From: Rhodobacterales bacterium
GTDB lineage: Bacteria; Pseudomonadota; Alphaproteobacteria; Rhodobacterales; Rhodobacteraceae
Assembly: GCA_038251625.1 (NCBI GenBank)
Contig: JBBSBE010000007.1
Span: forward strand, 992 to 64,991
DNA length: 64,000 bases
Direction of reading: 5' to 3'
Shown here: one piece after another, positions 27,681 through 36,754 of the stretch
How positions within the stretch are numbered: the first letter of the stretch is position 1
How the letters are laid out: each line of letters begins with the position of its first letter
Program-made: the position numbers and the translations under genes
The notes under the pieces: model-generated
Seen by the model: the letters and a program-made list of their open reading frames with translations, nothing else
Databases searched by the model: none
Told to the model about the DNA's origin: nothing

Positions 27681-29276
27681 ATGCAGAACCGCGCCGCCCT
27701 TCCGCCTGAAATCGCCCGACGTCGCACCTTCGCGATCATCTCGCACCCCGATGCGGGCAAGACCACGCTGACCGAAAAGTTCCTGCTGTTTGGCGGCGCG
27801 ATCCAGATGGCCGGTCAGGTGCGCGCAAAGGGCGAGGCGCGGCGCACGCGGTCAGACTTCATGAAACTGGAGCAGGAGCGCGGCATTTCCGTTTCCGCTT
27901 CGGCGATGAGTTTCGAGTATGGCACCTACCGCTTCAATCTGGTCGATACCCCCGGCCACAGCGACTTTTCCGAAGATACCTACCGCACGCTGACCGCAGT
28001 CGATGCCGCGATCATGGTTATTGACGGAGCAAAGGGCGTGGAAAGCCAGACGCGCAAGCTGTTCGAGGTTTGCCGGTTGCGCGACCTGCCGATCCTGACC
28101 TTCTGCAACAAGATGGACCGCGAAAGCCGCGACACGTTCGAGATCATCGACGAGATTCAGGAAAACCTTGCCATCGACGTGGCCCCCGCCTCCTGGCCCA
28201 TCGGGACGGGGCGCGATTTCCTTGGATGCTACGACATCCTGCACGACCGGCTGGAACTGATGGACCGTGCCGATCGCAACCGGGTCGCGGAATCCATCAA
28301 GATCAACGGCCTCAGCGACCCCAAGCTGGCCCAGCACATTCCGGCCGATCTTCTGAAGACATTCCTGGAAGAGCTTGAAATGGCGCGGGAACTCTTGCCG
28401 GCCTTCAACCGCGAAAATTTCCTCAACGGCTCGCTCACGCCGATCTGGTTCGGTTCGGCGATCAACTCGTTCGGTGTCAAGGAACTGATGGACGGCATGG
28501 GCGAGTGGGGGCCAGAGCCGCAGATCCAGCGCGCCAAGGAGCGCGAGATCCTTCCCGAGGAACCGGTGGTCACGGGCTTTGTCTTCAAGGTTCAGGCCAA
28601 CATGGACCCCAAGCACCGCGACCGCGTGGCTTTCGTCCGCCTCGCCTCGGGCCACTTCATCCGCGGCATGAAGCTTACCCACGTGCGCACGAAAAAACCG
28701 ATGGCCGTGGCGAACCCGGTGATGTTCCTCGCCGCCGACCGGGAACTGGCGGAAGAGGCTTGGGCCGGCGATATCATCGGCATCCCGAACCACGGACAAT
28801 TGCGCATTGGCGACGCACTGACCGAAGGCGAGGCGCTGCGCTTCACGGGCATCCCGTCCTTCGCGCCGGAACTTTTGCAAGGCGTGCGCGCGGGCGATCC
28901 GATGAAGGCCAAGCATCTGGAAAAGGCGCTCATGCAATTCGCCGAGGAAGGGGCCGCCAAGGTCTTCAAGCCGCAGATCGGATCGGGCTTCATCGTCGGT
29001 GTGGTCGGGGCGCTGCAATTTGATGTTCTGGCCAGCCGGATCGAGCAGGAATATGCCCTGCCCGTGCGGTTCGAGCCTTCGGCCTTTACCTCGGCCCGCT
29101 GGGTCACCGGGCCGAAGGCGGAGGTTGAAAAGTTTGCATCCGTCAACAAGGGCCACCTTGCCACCGACCATGACGGCGACATGGTGTACCTGACCCGTCT
29201 GAAGTGGGATATCGACCGGATCGAGCGCGACCATCCCGCTCTGAAACTCACCGCCACCAAAGAGATGATGGTCTGA
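27681..29276 (+). CDS. prfC: Peptide chain release factor 3
   Basis: ORF 27507..29276 trimmed to ATG 27681. It has RRRTFAIISHPDAGKTTLTEKFLLFGGAIQMAG, DTPGHSDF and NKMDR G-motifs. Confidence 0.92.
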   Translation: MQNRAALPPEIARRRTFAIISHPDAGKTTLTEKFLLFGGAIQMAGQVRAKGEARRTRSDFMKLEQERGISVSASAMSFEYGTYRFNLVDTPGHSDFSEDTYRTLTAVDAAIMVIDGAKGVESQTRKLFEVCRLRDLPILTFCNKMDRESRDTFEIIDEIQENLAIDVAPASWPIGTGRDFLGCYDILHDRLELMDRADRNRVAESIKINGLSDPKLAQHIPADLLKTFLEELEMARELLPAFNRENFLNGSLTPIWFGSAINSFGVKELMDGMGEWGPEPQIQRAKEREILPEEPVVTGFVFKVQANMDPKHRDRVAFVRLASGHFIRGMKLTHVRTKKPMAVANPVMFLAADRELAEEAWAGDIIGIPNHGQLRIGDALTEGEALRFTGIPSFAPELLQGVRAGDPMKAKHLEKALMQFAEEGAAKVFKPQIGSGFIVGVVGALQFDVLASRIEQEYALPVRFEPSAFTSARWVTGPKAEVEKFASVNKGHLATDHDGDMVYLTRLKWDIDRIERDHPALKLTATKEMMV

Positions 29277-29412
29277 GCCAACCCTCTGCCAATTGTGGCA
29301 AATTTGACGAAAAATCTATGGGTTGAGACCAACGATGCGCCAAAAGGGTGGCGCCCTCTGTCCACGTTTGTCACGCTTTGCACAAAAGACGGAAAGTCGG
29401 GCAGGACGGTCA

Positions 29413-30996
29413 ATGCAGGCGCTGGCAGAATGCGCAACCCGCGGCGTGGATTTCGCCGTGGCGTTTCGATATCAATACGCGATCTCCCGGCAGCCCGTTG
29501 AGGCGGCGGGCTTCAACGTGCATCCCTTTGCAGGGCACTTCGTCAGTACCGGCAACGCGGTGCGCGTATCGCGTTTGCGGGACGCGCACGGGATGAGCTT
29601 TGGTCTGCTTCTCGGTATCGCCGTCGATGGTGGCGGGCTTCTTGGGGCCGAATGCAGCATCCCCGATATCGACTGCCACGACGAGGCCCCCTTCGCGGCA
29701 CTTGAAGGCTGGCTGGAAACGCTGACCGGGCGGTACACGCTGCTAGCAGCGATTGGCGGCGACGTGCGGGTTTACTGCGATGCGACGGGCATGAACGGCG
29801 TGGTCTATAACCGAAAGCTGCGGCGGGTGGCAGCCTCGCTTTACCTTGCCATTGACGATGCGGTGATGGAGCGCCCGGATTATGACCACGCCGCAGTGGC
29901 AGAGCGTGGCGCAAAGTACACCCTCTTTGACACGCGCGACCGCCGGGTGCGACGGCTCAATCCAAATTGCTGGCTTGATCTCAGGACGTTCCGCGAAACC
30001 CGGTTCTGGCCCCGCGCAGACCAGTCCTTCCATCTCGACAAGGCCGACTATGCGGAAGCCTACAGCCAGATCATCGACGCCGGGCGGCATGTGACCGAGG
30101 CGCTGATCGCGGGTTTACCCTGCGCCCTGCCGATCACGGGCGGACGCGACAGCCGCATCATCGCGGGCTTTGCCCAAGGGCGGCTCGGGCGGTTGCGTCA
30201 CGTCTTTACCCACATCACCAACTACGGCACGCGCAAAGATGCCGCCATCGCGCGCCATGTGGCCGATGCCCTGCGGGTCCCGCTTGAAGTGCACGATTTC
30301 AAGACGGATCGCATCCCTGCTGACGATCTGGCGCGCGAAACCGCGATCTGGCAGGTGGCGACGGGTCTTGATGGCCCCCCACCCACGAACGTGGGCAAGG
30401 GCGTCAGCAGGTTTCTCGCGGAGGACACGGTGATCCTGCGCGGCCACCAGACCGATATCCTGCGCGCCGTTTTTCTGGACCGCAAGGGCGAGGCGGCACG
30501 CGCCGATCTGATATGGCAAGTCAAACGGCTGATGCCGGTGCCCTACCCCGAATTCACCCGCAAGATCTTTCGCCGCTTCGGTGCCCGCTACAAGGCCTGG
30601 GTCGATGCGTTGCCCGGCTGCGTGCGCGAAAAATCGGTCGATATGATGTTCGCGGAAATCTACTATTGCGCATCGCTCGGCCTCACTTTCCCCGGGCTTG
30701 TGCACCATTTCTACCTGTCGCCGTTCAACAGTCGCCGGATGATCGGCCTGTCGATGAGCTTTGATGACGAATATCGCCACGAAAGCCTTGCCGTCGATGA
30801 CCTGATCTACCGGATGAATCCAGCCCTGCATCACGTTCCGCTTGACTATGAAACCGGGGCCCTGCTCGACGATCTGGAAGACCCCGCCTATCGCCGCGCG
30901 GTGGTGCGCCTGCGCGTGATGAAGACGACAGCGCGCGCGGCAGCCGTTTCAGCGCGTGTGGCCACACGACGGACGATCAGTCGGAAGAGGAGGTGA
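29413..30996 (+). CDS. Asparagine-synthetase-like (degenerate Ntn domain + PP-loop ATP pyrophosphatase) protein of unknown function
   Basis: ORF 29323..30996; probable start ATG 29413 (MQALAE). The PP-loop-like motif LPITGGRDSR lies near 30130-30156 (compare SGGxDS). The N-terminal GRYTLLAAIGGDVRVYCDATGMNGVVY resembles the AsnB/lasso-cyclase block ..D..G..PLyY. There is no N-terminal Cys nucleophile. Confidence 0.55.
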   Translation: MQALAECATRGVDFAVAFRYQYAISRQPVEAAGFNVHPFAGHFVSTGNAVRVSRLRDAHGMSFGLLLGIAVDGGGLLGAECSIPDIDCHDEAPFAALEGWLETLTGRYTLLAAIGGDVRVYCDATGMNGVVYNRKLRRVAASLYLAIDDAVMERPDYDHAAVAERGAKYTLFDTRDRRVRRLNPNCWLDLRTFRETRFWPRADQSFHLDKADYAEAYSQIIDAGRHVTEALIAGLPCALPITGGRDSRIIAGFAQGRLGRLRHVFTHITNYGTRKDAAIARHVADALRVPLEVHDFKTDRIPADDLARETAIWQVATGLDGPPPTNVGKGVSRFLAEDTVILRGHQTDILRAVFLDRKGEAARADLIWQVKRLMPVPYPEFTRKIFRRFGARYKAWVDALPGCVREKSVDMMFAEIYYCASLGLTFPGLVHHFYLSPFNSRRMIGLSMSFDDEYRHESLAVDDLIYRMNPALHHVPLDYETGALLDDLEDPAYRRAVVRLRVMKTTARAAAVSARVATRRTISRKRR

Positions 30997-31766
30997 CCTT
31001 GGCATCCGCGCTGACCTATCCCGGTGCACCGGAAACGATGATTGCGCTATGGGAAAAGCGCCGCGGTCGACTTGGCTTTGCAGAAGGCGAGGCGCTGCCC
31101 GCGCCGGACGTGGATCTGGCATCGCTTGCGCGTACCCCGGCCGCGCCGCCCGGACGGCTGGCAAACGGCGCGAGCGCGCATGCGTCCAAGGCGCATGCGT
31201 TGCGCGAGGAATTGCAGGGATTGTCAGAGCTTGCGGTCCTTCATGCGGTACTGGTCAGCCATCTTCGCAAACGCCGCCAGCCGCGCGTGGCAGCGCCGCT
31301 CTTTCTGCGGATGTGGGCGGAGGAGGGGCCGACGTTGATGGCAGAGCTGCCCCTGCGGTGGCTGATATCTGCCGCGATCACCTTCGGCCAGCATGGCGCC
31401 ACGCCCGGTCAGCGCCTTCTGGGAAGCGAATTGAATGTGCTTTTCAGTCTGATGAAGCTTTACGAGTTTGAGCGTCTGCATTCGGGCCAGACGCCCGATG
31501 CCCCGTTCCGCCGCAAGCGCGCCGACGCCTCCCTTCCAATGGGGATGGAGCCTTTTGCGCTGGCAAGCGGTGGCCTTGACATCAATCTGCTGGCACCGAT
31601 GTGGCAGCGGGCGGAAAAGATGCCGGTTCTGGGGCCGCTCGCCTGCGATCTTCTGGAGCGGCTGAACGCCGATCCTGGTGGTGTCTTTCGGCGCATTGGC
31701 GTCATGCGGGCCGAACAGGCGGCCAAACGTGCGGCCAAACGCATCGGCAAAGCCACGGAAACTTGA
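30993..31766 (+). CDS. Hypothetical protein, translationally coupled to the AsnB-like gene
   Basis: 257-aa ORF whose GTG start overlaps the upstream stop (GTGA at 30993-30996). I recognise no family. It looks predicted-helical with a basic C-terminal tail. Confidence 0.5.
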   Translation: MTLASALTYPGAPETMIALWEKRRGRLGFAEGEALPAPDVDLASLARTPAAPPGRLANGASAHASKAHALREELQGLSELAVLHAVLVSHLRKRRQPRVAAPLFLRMWAEEGPTLMAELPLRWLISAAITFGQHGATPGQRLLGSELNVLFSLMKLYEFERLHSGQTPDAPFRRKRADASLPMGMEPFALASGGLDINLLAPMWQRAEKMPVLGPLACDLLERLNADPGGVFRRIGVMRAEQAAKRAAKRIGKATET

Positions 31767-31823
31767 CCTTCGCCGCGCTTTGGGCTAGGCGCGCGGAGTG
31801 GGGCATCGGCCCCGCACGACGCC

Positions 31824-31857
31824 GGGACGCCCGGATACTTTTGCGTCCCTCCTTTTT
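31824..31857 (+). terminator. Rho-independent terminator candidate (GGGACGC-N12-GCGTCCC followed by TCCTTTTT)
   Basis: Read directly. It lies 58 nt after the stop at 31766 and 36 nt before the rhlE start. Confidence 0.5.
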
Positions 31858-31892
31858 CCCTTGCGGCCCGATGCCGCAATAACAGGACGCAC

Positions 31893-33410
31893 ATGACCAA
31901 GTTTTCTGACCTCGCGCTGGACCCGCGCGTATTGCAAGCCGTTTCCGAAGCTGGCTACGAGACCCCGACCCCGATTCAGGCGCAAGCCATTCCGCATGCC
32001 CTTGAAGGGCGCGACGTGTTGGGGATCGCCCAGACGGGCACCGGCAAGACGGCAAGCTTCACGTTGCCGATGATCACAATCCTTGGCAAAGGCCGGGCGC
32101 GGGCACGTATGCCACGCAGCCTCGTCCTTGCGCCCACGCGCGAACTCGCCGCGCAGGTGGCCGAGAATTTCGAGGTTTACGCCAAACATACCAAGCTGAC
32201 AAAGGCGCTGCTGATCGGCGGCGTGGCTTTTGGCGAACAGGACAAGCTGATCGACCGGGGCGTCGACGTGCTGATCGCCACGCCCGGCCGCCTGCTCGAT
32301 CATTTCGAGCGGGGCAAACTGCTGCTGAACGGCGTACAGATCATGGTGGTGGACGAGGCCGACCGGATGCTCGACATGGGCTTCATTCCCGATATCGAGC
32401 GTATCTTCGCCCTGACGCCGCCGACCCGCCAGACCTTCTTCTACTCTGCCACCATGGCGCCCGAGATCGAGCGGATCACCAACACGTTCCTCTCAAGCGC
32501 GGTGAAGATCGAAGTGGCGCGTCAGGCCACCGCGTCAGAAACCATCGAGCAGGCGCTGATCCAGTTCGCGCCCTCGCGCCGCGACCAGAGCTTTGCCGAA
32601 AAGCGTGCCGTGCTGCGCGCGCTGATCCGTGCCGAAGGCGAAAGCTGCACCAACGCAATCATCTTCTGCAACCGCAAGATGGATGTGGATGTGGTGGCGA
32701 AGTCTTTGAAACAGCATGGCTTCAACGCCTCGCCTATCCATGGCGACCTTGACCAGTCGGTCCGCACGCGCACGCTTGATGGCTTCCGCGACGGCTCGGT
32801 GCACCTGCTGGTGGCGTCCGACGTGGCCGCGCGCGGGCTCGACATTCCCGCTGTCAGTCATGTCTTCAACTTCGACGTGCCCTCGCACCCCGAGGATTAC
32901 GTGCACCGTATCGGCCGCACGGGACGCGCGGGCCGCAAAGGCAAGGCCTACACCATCGCGGTCACATCGGATGACAAATACATCGCGGCGATCGAAAGCC
33001 TTGTGAAGCAGCCGATCCCGCGCGGCAGCCTGCCCGAAGGCTTAGACATGCCCGAACCCGGTGCGCGCACGGAAGAGCGCAGCGCCCCATCCTCGCGCAG
33101 CCGCAGCCGCTCACGCGGGGGGGAGCGTCGGGATGACAAGCGCGAAGCGACACCCCGCGCACCGCGCGAGGCTGCGCGCGAAGAGGCGCCATCGCCCGCG
33201 CCCGTCGTGGCCGAAGCCCCTGCACCGCGCGAAGAGCGCCGCCCCGAGCGCAGGGACGACCGGCGCGATGATCGCCGCGACGACCGGCGCGACCGTGTTG
33301 TCGGAATGGGCGACCATGTGCCCGATTTCATCCTGCGCAGCTTCAAGCTGCCGGCGGCTGGAACAGACGACGCCGAAGAAGAGATCGCGGCGACCGGCAC
33401 CGAAGGCTGA
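31893..33410 (+). CDS. rhlE: ATP-dependent DEAD-box RNA helicase (RhlE-like) with Arg/Asp-rich C-terminal tail
   Basis: 505-aa ORF with Q-motif ..YETPTPIQ, AQTGTGKT, DEAD (VVDEADRM), SAT and HRIGRTGRAG. The tail reads ..ERRPERRDDRRDDRRDDRRDR. Confidence 0.9.
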   Translation: MTKFSDLALDPRVLQAVSEAGYETPTPIQAQAIPHALEGRDVLGIAQTGTGKTASFTLPMITILGKGRARARMPRSLVLAPTRELAAQVAENFEVYAKHTKLTKALLIGGVAFGEQDKLIDRGVDVLIATPGRLLDHFERGKLLLNGVQIMVVDEADRMLDMGFIPDIERIFALTPPTRQTFFYSATMAPEIERITNTFLSSAVKIEVARQATASETIEQALIQFAPSRRDQSFAEKRAVLRALIRAEGESCTNAIIFCNRKMDVDVVAKSLKQHGFNASPIHGDLDQSVRTRTLDGFRDGSVHLLVASDVAARGLDIPAVSHVFNFDVPSHPEDYVHRIGRTGRAGRKGKAYTIAVTSDDKYIAAIESLVKQPIPRGSLPEGLDMPEPGARTEERSAPSSRSRSRSRGGERRDDKREATPRAPREAAREEAPSPAPVVAEAPAPREERRPERRDDRRDDRRDDRRDRVVGMGDHVPDFILRSFKLPAAGTDDAEEEIAATGTEG

Positions 33411-33437
33411 CCCTCGAACGACTGAGCGGTGGTGGAT

Positions 33438-33462
33438 TTCCGGGGGGCGAGCCCCCCCGGAA
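33438..33462. terminator. Perfect 10-bp G/C hairpin TTCCGGGGGG-CGAGC-CCCCCCGGAA between convergent rhlE and rnj (bidirectional terminator candidate)
   Basis: Read directly from the sequence. Confidence 0.5.
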
Positions 33463-33507
33463 CGGCCCGTTGGATGGCTTTCTGCGGCAGAAAGCGTCGG
33501 AGCGTCC

Positions 33508-35181
33508 CTAGCCCTCTGACAGACGGCTGACCACAACCGTCACCTCGGGCTTCTTGCCGATCTCTTCCATCGAGACTTGCCGGATCACGCGGCGGATCGC
33601 CTCGTCCAGCTTGTCATCGTCGCGCATGATCTTTGCGCCCGCACCATCCAGAAACTGGCTCAACTCGCGCTCCAGCACGTCTGAAAGGGGGCTACGGCTC
33701 TTGCCGGTTCCGGGCAGGCCCATCAGTTCCACCCAGGCATCGCCAAGCGGCGCGTCTTCTTCGTCCAGCAGCACCGTTGCCAGAACGTGGCCATTCAGCG
33801 CCATGCGGATACGGTCGCGCACCACGCCATCACGCGCACCGATCATCACCGAACCATCCAGATAGGTGCGCCCTGTCTCGATGTATTCGGCAACCTCCAT
33901 GGCGTCGCCGCTCAGGTTCACCATCATCCCGTTGGAAATCACTTCCGAGGCGATGCCGGATTCGGCTGCCAATTTTGCGTGTTCACGCAGATGGCGATGC
34001 TCACCGTGCATCGGGATCAGCATGGCGGGCTTCAGGATCGTGTGCACAGTTTTCAGATCGGGTCGGTTCGCATGGCCGGACACGTGATAGCGCCCACCGG
34101 ATTCGTCCACCACCTCGACACCCATTTCCGAGAATGCGTTCATGATGGAAAGCACGCCACGTTCGTTGCCGGGAATGGTGCGCGAGGAAAAAAGGAATGT
34201 ATCCCCCTCTTTCATCTCGAGCCCCAGATACCGCCCGCGCGACAATTGTGCCGAAGCCGCACGCCGCTCGCCCTGGCTGCCCGTTACGATCAGCATCAGG
34301 TTGCCGCGCGGCACGTCGACCGCATCCTCTGCGGTTATCACACGCGGAAAGCCGTTCAGAACGCCTGCCTCTTCCGCCGCGCGCACCATGCGCTGCATCG
34401 CGCGGCCCAACAGGCATACGGTGCGATCGGCGGCCACGGCAGCCTCGGCCAGCGTTTTCAGCCGCGCCACGTTCGAGGCAAAGGTCGTGGCAACGACCAT
34501 CCCCTTTGCCGCCCGGATCATCTCGGCCAAGGGCGTGCGCAGGGTGGATTCCGACCGCCCGGGGTTGGGCGAAAACACGTTGGTGGAATCGCACATCAGG
34601 GCAGCCACCGGCTTCTCGGCGGCGATGGCAGCAAAGGCGTCCGGATCCCACGGCTCGCCGACCAGAGGTGAGGGGTCGAGCTTGAAGTCGCCAGTATGCA
34701 CCAGCCGCGCATCGGGCGTGTCGATCACGAGGGCCGAGCTTTCGGGGATCGAATGGCTGATCGGCTGGAACTGCACGCGGAAGGGGCCTGCCGTGATCGT
34801 CTCAGGCCGCGGCTCCACCACCTTGATCGCATCCTTGGGGTGGCCGAACTCATCAAACTTCAGCCGCCCGATGGTGGCGGTAAAGCGGCGCGCATAGACC
34901 GGCGCCCTCAGCTGCGGCCAGAAATGCGCAAGCGCCCCGATGTGATCCTCATGCGCGTGGGTGATGAAGATCGCCTCCAGCCGGTCAGCGCGTTCGATCA
35001 GCCAGCTCATGTCGGGCAGGATCAGATCGACCCCCGGTGTCGTATCCATATCGGGGAAAGTCACGCCCAGATCGACAAGGATCAGGCGTTCCTTGTCTTC
35101 GGGGCCATAGCCATAGACATAGGCATTCATGCCAATTTCCCCCGCGCCGCCGAGGGGGAGGTAGATCAATCGGTTCTTCAT
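33508..35181 (-). CDS. rnj: Ribonuclease J (metallo-beta-lactamase / beta-CASP family)
   Basis: ORF 33508..35223 trimmed to ATG 35181. It has MKNRLIYLPLGGAGEIGMNAYVYG and THAHEDHIGAL (HxHxDH). Confidence 0.9.
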   Translation of the reverse strand: MKNRLIYLPLGGAGEIGMNAYVYGYGPEDKERLILVDLGVTFPDMDTTPGVDLILPDMSWLIERADRLEAIFITHAHEDHIGALAHFWPQLRAPVYARRFTATIGRLKFDEFGHPKDAIKVVEPRPETITAGPFRVQFQPISHSIPESSALVIDTPDARLVHTGDFKLDPSPLVGEPWDPDAFAAIAAEKPVAALMCDSTNVFSPNPGRSESTLRTPLAEMIRAAKGMVVATTFASNVARLKTLAEAAVAADRTVCLLGRAMQRMVRAAEEAGVLNGFPRVITAEDAVDVPRGNLMLIVTGSQGERRAASAQLSRGRYLGLEMKEGDTFLFSSRTIPGNERGVLSIMNAFSEMGVEVVDESGGRYHVSGHANRPDLKTVHTILKPAMLIPMHGEHRHLREHAKLAAESGIASEVISNGMMVNLSGDAMEVAEYIETGRTYLDGSVMIGARDGVVRDRIRMALNGHVLATVLLDEEDAPLGDAWVELMGLPGTGKSRSPLSDVLERELSQFLDGAGAKIMRDDDKLDEAIRRVIRQVSMEEIGKKPEVTVVVSRLSEG

Positions 35182-35227
35182 CGTGTCGTCCTTCGTATCA
35201 TCGGCGGGGTACGCCCCCCGCATGGCT

Positions 35228-35995
35228 TCATTCCAGATTGAAGCGGTGGATCAGGACGAGACCCTGAAGGGTCAGATCATCCTCCACCGCATCAAATACC
35301 GTGGTGCCCTGGTCGAAAAGCGAGGCGAGACCGCCTGTCGCGATCACCCGCATCGGGCGCTCCCGCTCAGCGCGGATGCGGGCCACGATGCCTTCCACAA
35401 GGCCAACGTAGCCCCAATACACGCCCGCCTGCATGCAGGCCACCGTATTCGTCCCGATCACCGCCTGCGGTTTGGTGATATCGATATGCGGCAAGGCAGC
35501 CGCCGCCATGTGCAGCGCCTCAAGGCTGAGGTTCACACCGGGGGCGATGACCCCACCGATGTAGGCGCCATCGGTATCGACCACGTCAAAGGTGGTGGCG
35601 GTCCCGAAGTCCACAACGATCAGATCGCCGCCATGGCGCGCAAAGCCCGCCACCGTGTTTACCAGCCGGTCCGGGCCAACCGTGGTGCCCTGATCGACGC
35701 GGGGCGGCACGGGCAGGCTGCATTCGGGCTTGCCCACCACAAGCGGGCGGGTATCGAAATAGCGGTTGCAAAGGACGCGCAGGTTGAACACCACGCGCGG
35801 CACGGTGGACGAAATGATCGCATCCGTGATCGTGACGTCCACCTTGCGGATGGTCATCAGTGTCGTCAGCCAGACGTAGTATTCATCCGCCGTGCGTTTT
35901 GCATCCGTCGCCATCCGCCAGTTTGCGATGAAGTCCCTGCCGTCCCACAGGCCAAAGACGGTATTTGTATTGCCGCAGTCGATTGTCAGAAGCAT
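35228..35995 (-). CDS. coaX: Type III pantothenate kinase
   Basis: 255-aa ORF with MLLTIDCGNTNTVFGLWDG and ..VVDFGTATTFDVV.. motifs. Confidence 0.9.
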   Translation of the reverse strand: MLLTIDCGNTNTVFGLWDGRDFIANWRMATDAKRTADEYYVWLTTLMTIRKVDVTITDAIISSTVPRVVFNLRVLCNRYFDTRPLVVGKPECSLPVPPRVDQGTTVGPDRLVNTVAGFARHGGDLIVVDFGTATTFDVVDTDGAYIGGVIAPGVNLSLEALHMAAAALPHIDITKPQAVIGTNTVACMQAGVYWGYVGLVEGIVARIRAERERPMRVIATGGLASLFDQGTTVFDAVEDDLTLQGLVLIHRFNLE

Positions 35996-36004
35996 GAGCA
36001 GACC

Positions 36005-36754
36005 TCAGAAAAAGATATCGGCGGCGGGAATGGCCACGCGGCCGCTGGTGGTGGCGAGGATCAGCGCACCGGTATCGTCCAGCGTCTCGAAGATGCCTTC
36101 GCGCGTGGCGCTGCCCGTGCGGGCGCGGATCGGCTCACCCAGCCGCGCGGCATGCGCCAGCCATTCGGCACGCAATGGGGGGAAACCATCCGCCACAAGA
36201 CGCGCCTCCCATGCGGCAAAGGCCGGGGCCAGCGCATCCAGCAGAATGTGCGGCTCGATCCGCCGCCCGGTTTCGGACAAAAGCGTTACCGGCGGCACGG
36301 CCCCGGGTTCAAGGAAAGACGGATCGGGCGCCGCGATCAGGTTCACCCCGATGCCGATGGCCAGATGCGCCACACCTGCCCCCTGCCCCGCGCTTTCCAG
36401 CAGGATGCCCGCGATCTTGCCACCGTTGCAAAGCACGTCATTGGGCCATTTCAGCGCGAAACTCCTGGCCGAACCGCTCACCTCGGACAGCGCCTCGCGC
36501 AGCGCAAGGGCCGCAGCGAAGCTGCGCAAGGCCACGGTGGCGGGCGGCCCGGCAGGTTTGATCAGCAGTGTCGCATGGAAATTGCCGCGCGGGCTGGCCC
36601 AGGCGCGGCCCCGCCGCCCACGCCCCACTGTCTGCTCGCCCGCAAGGATCCACAGGGGCGCCTGATCACTGCGCCGCACGGCCTCGGCGTTGGTGCTGTC
36701 CACGGTGTCGAGCACGATCCGCCCAACCCCGGCAGGCCAGCCCCTAGCGGACAA
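36005..36754 (-). CDS. birA: Biotin--[acetyl-CoA-carboxylase] ligase (class I, no HTH)
   Basis: ORF 36005..36835 with [12 protein letters not shown] and GRGRRGRAW motifs. The start is uncertain. The ATG at 36835 would overlap nuoN by 92 nt. An in-frame TTG at 36754 overlaps the nuoN stop by 11 nt and looks more plausible. Confidence 0.8.
   Translation of the reverse strand: MSARGWPAGVGRIVLDTVDSTNAEAVRRSDQAPLWILAGEQTVGRGRRGRAWASPRGNFHATLLIKPAGPPATVALRSFAAALALREALSEVSGSARSFALKWPNDVLCNGGKIAGILLESAGQGAGVAHLAIGIGVNLIAAPDPSFLEPGAVPPVTLLSETGRRIEPHILLDALAPAFAAWEARLVADGFPPLRAEWLAHAARLGEPIRARTGSATREGIFETLDDTGALILATTSGRVAIPAADIFF

Noticed and set aside
29295-29501. 68-aa ORF upstream of and overlapping the AsnB-like gene, as a candidate lasso/RiPP precursor
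   Set aside because: It starts at GTG in a lower-GC stretch. Its third-codon positions are not GC-enriched as they are in real genes here. It overlaps the AsnB-like coding start out of frame. I see no leader/core features (for example a Thr at -2 with Gly1 and an Asp/Glu at 7-9). No B-type protease or RRE gene is nearby. This is speculative only.
33235-33300. Repetitive RRDD-coding stretch at the 3' end of rhlE
   Set aside because: Low-complexity Arg/Asp-rich C-terminal tails are typical of RhlE-type DEAD-box helicases. This is not a separate repeat element.
33508-36754. birA-coaX-rnj directly following nuoN (birA start overlapping the nuoN end)
   Set aside because: As far as I recall, this downstream synteny is common in alphaproteobacteria. 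The only open point is the birA start codon (TTG 36754 against ATG 36835).
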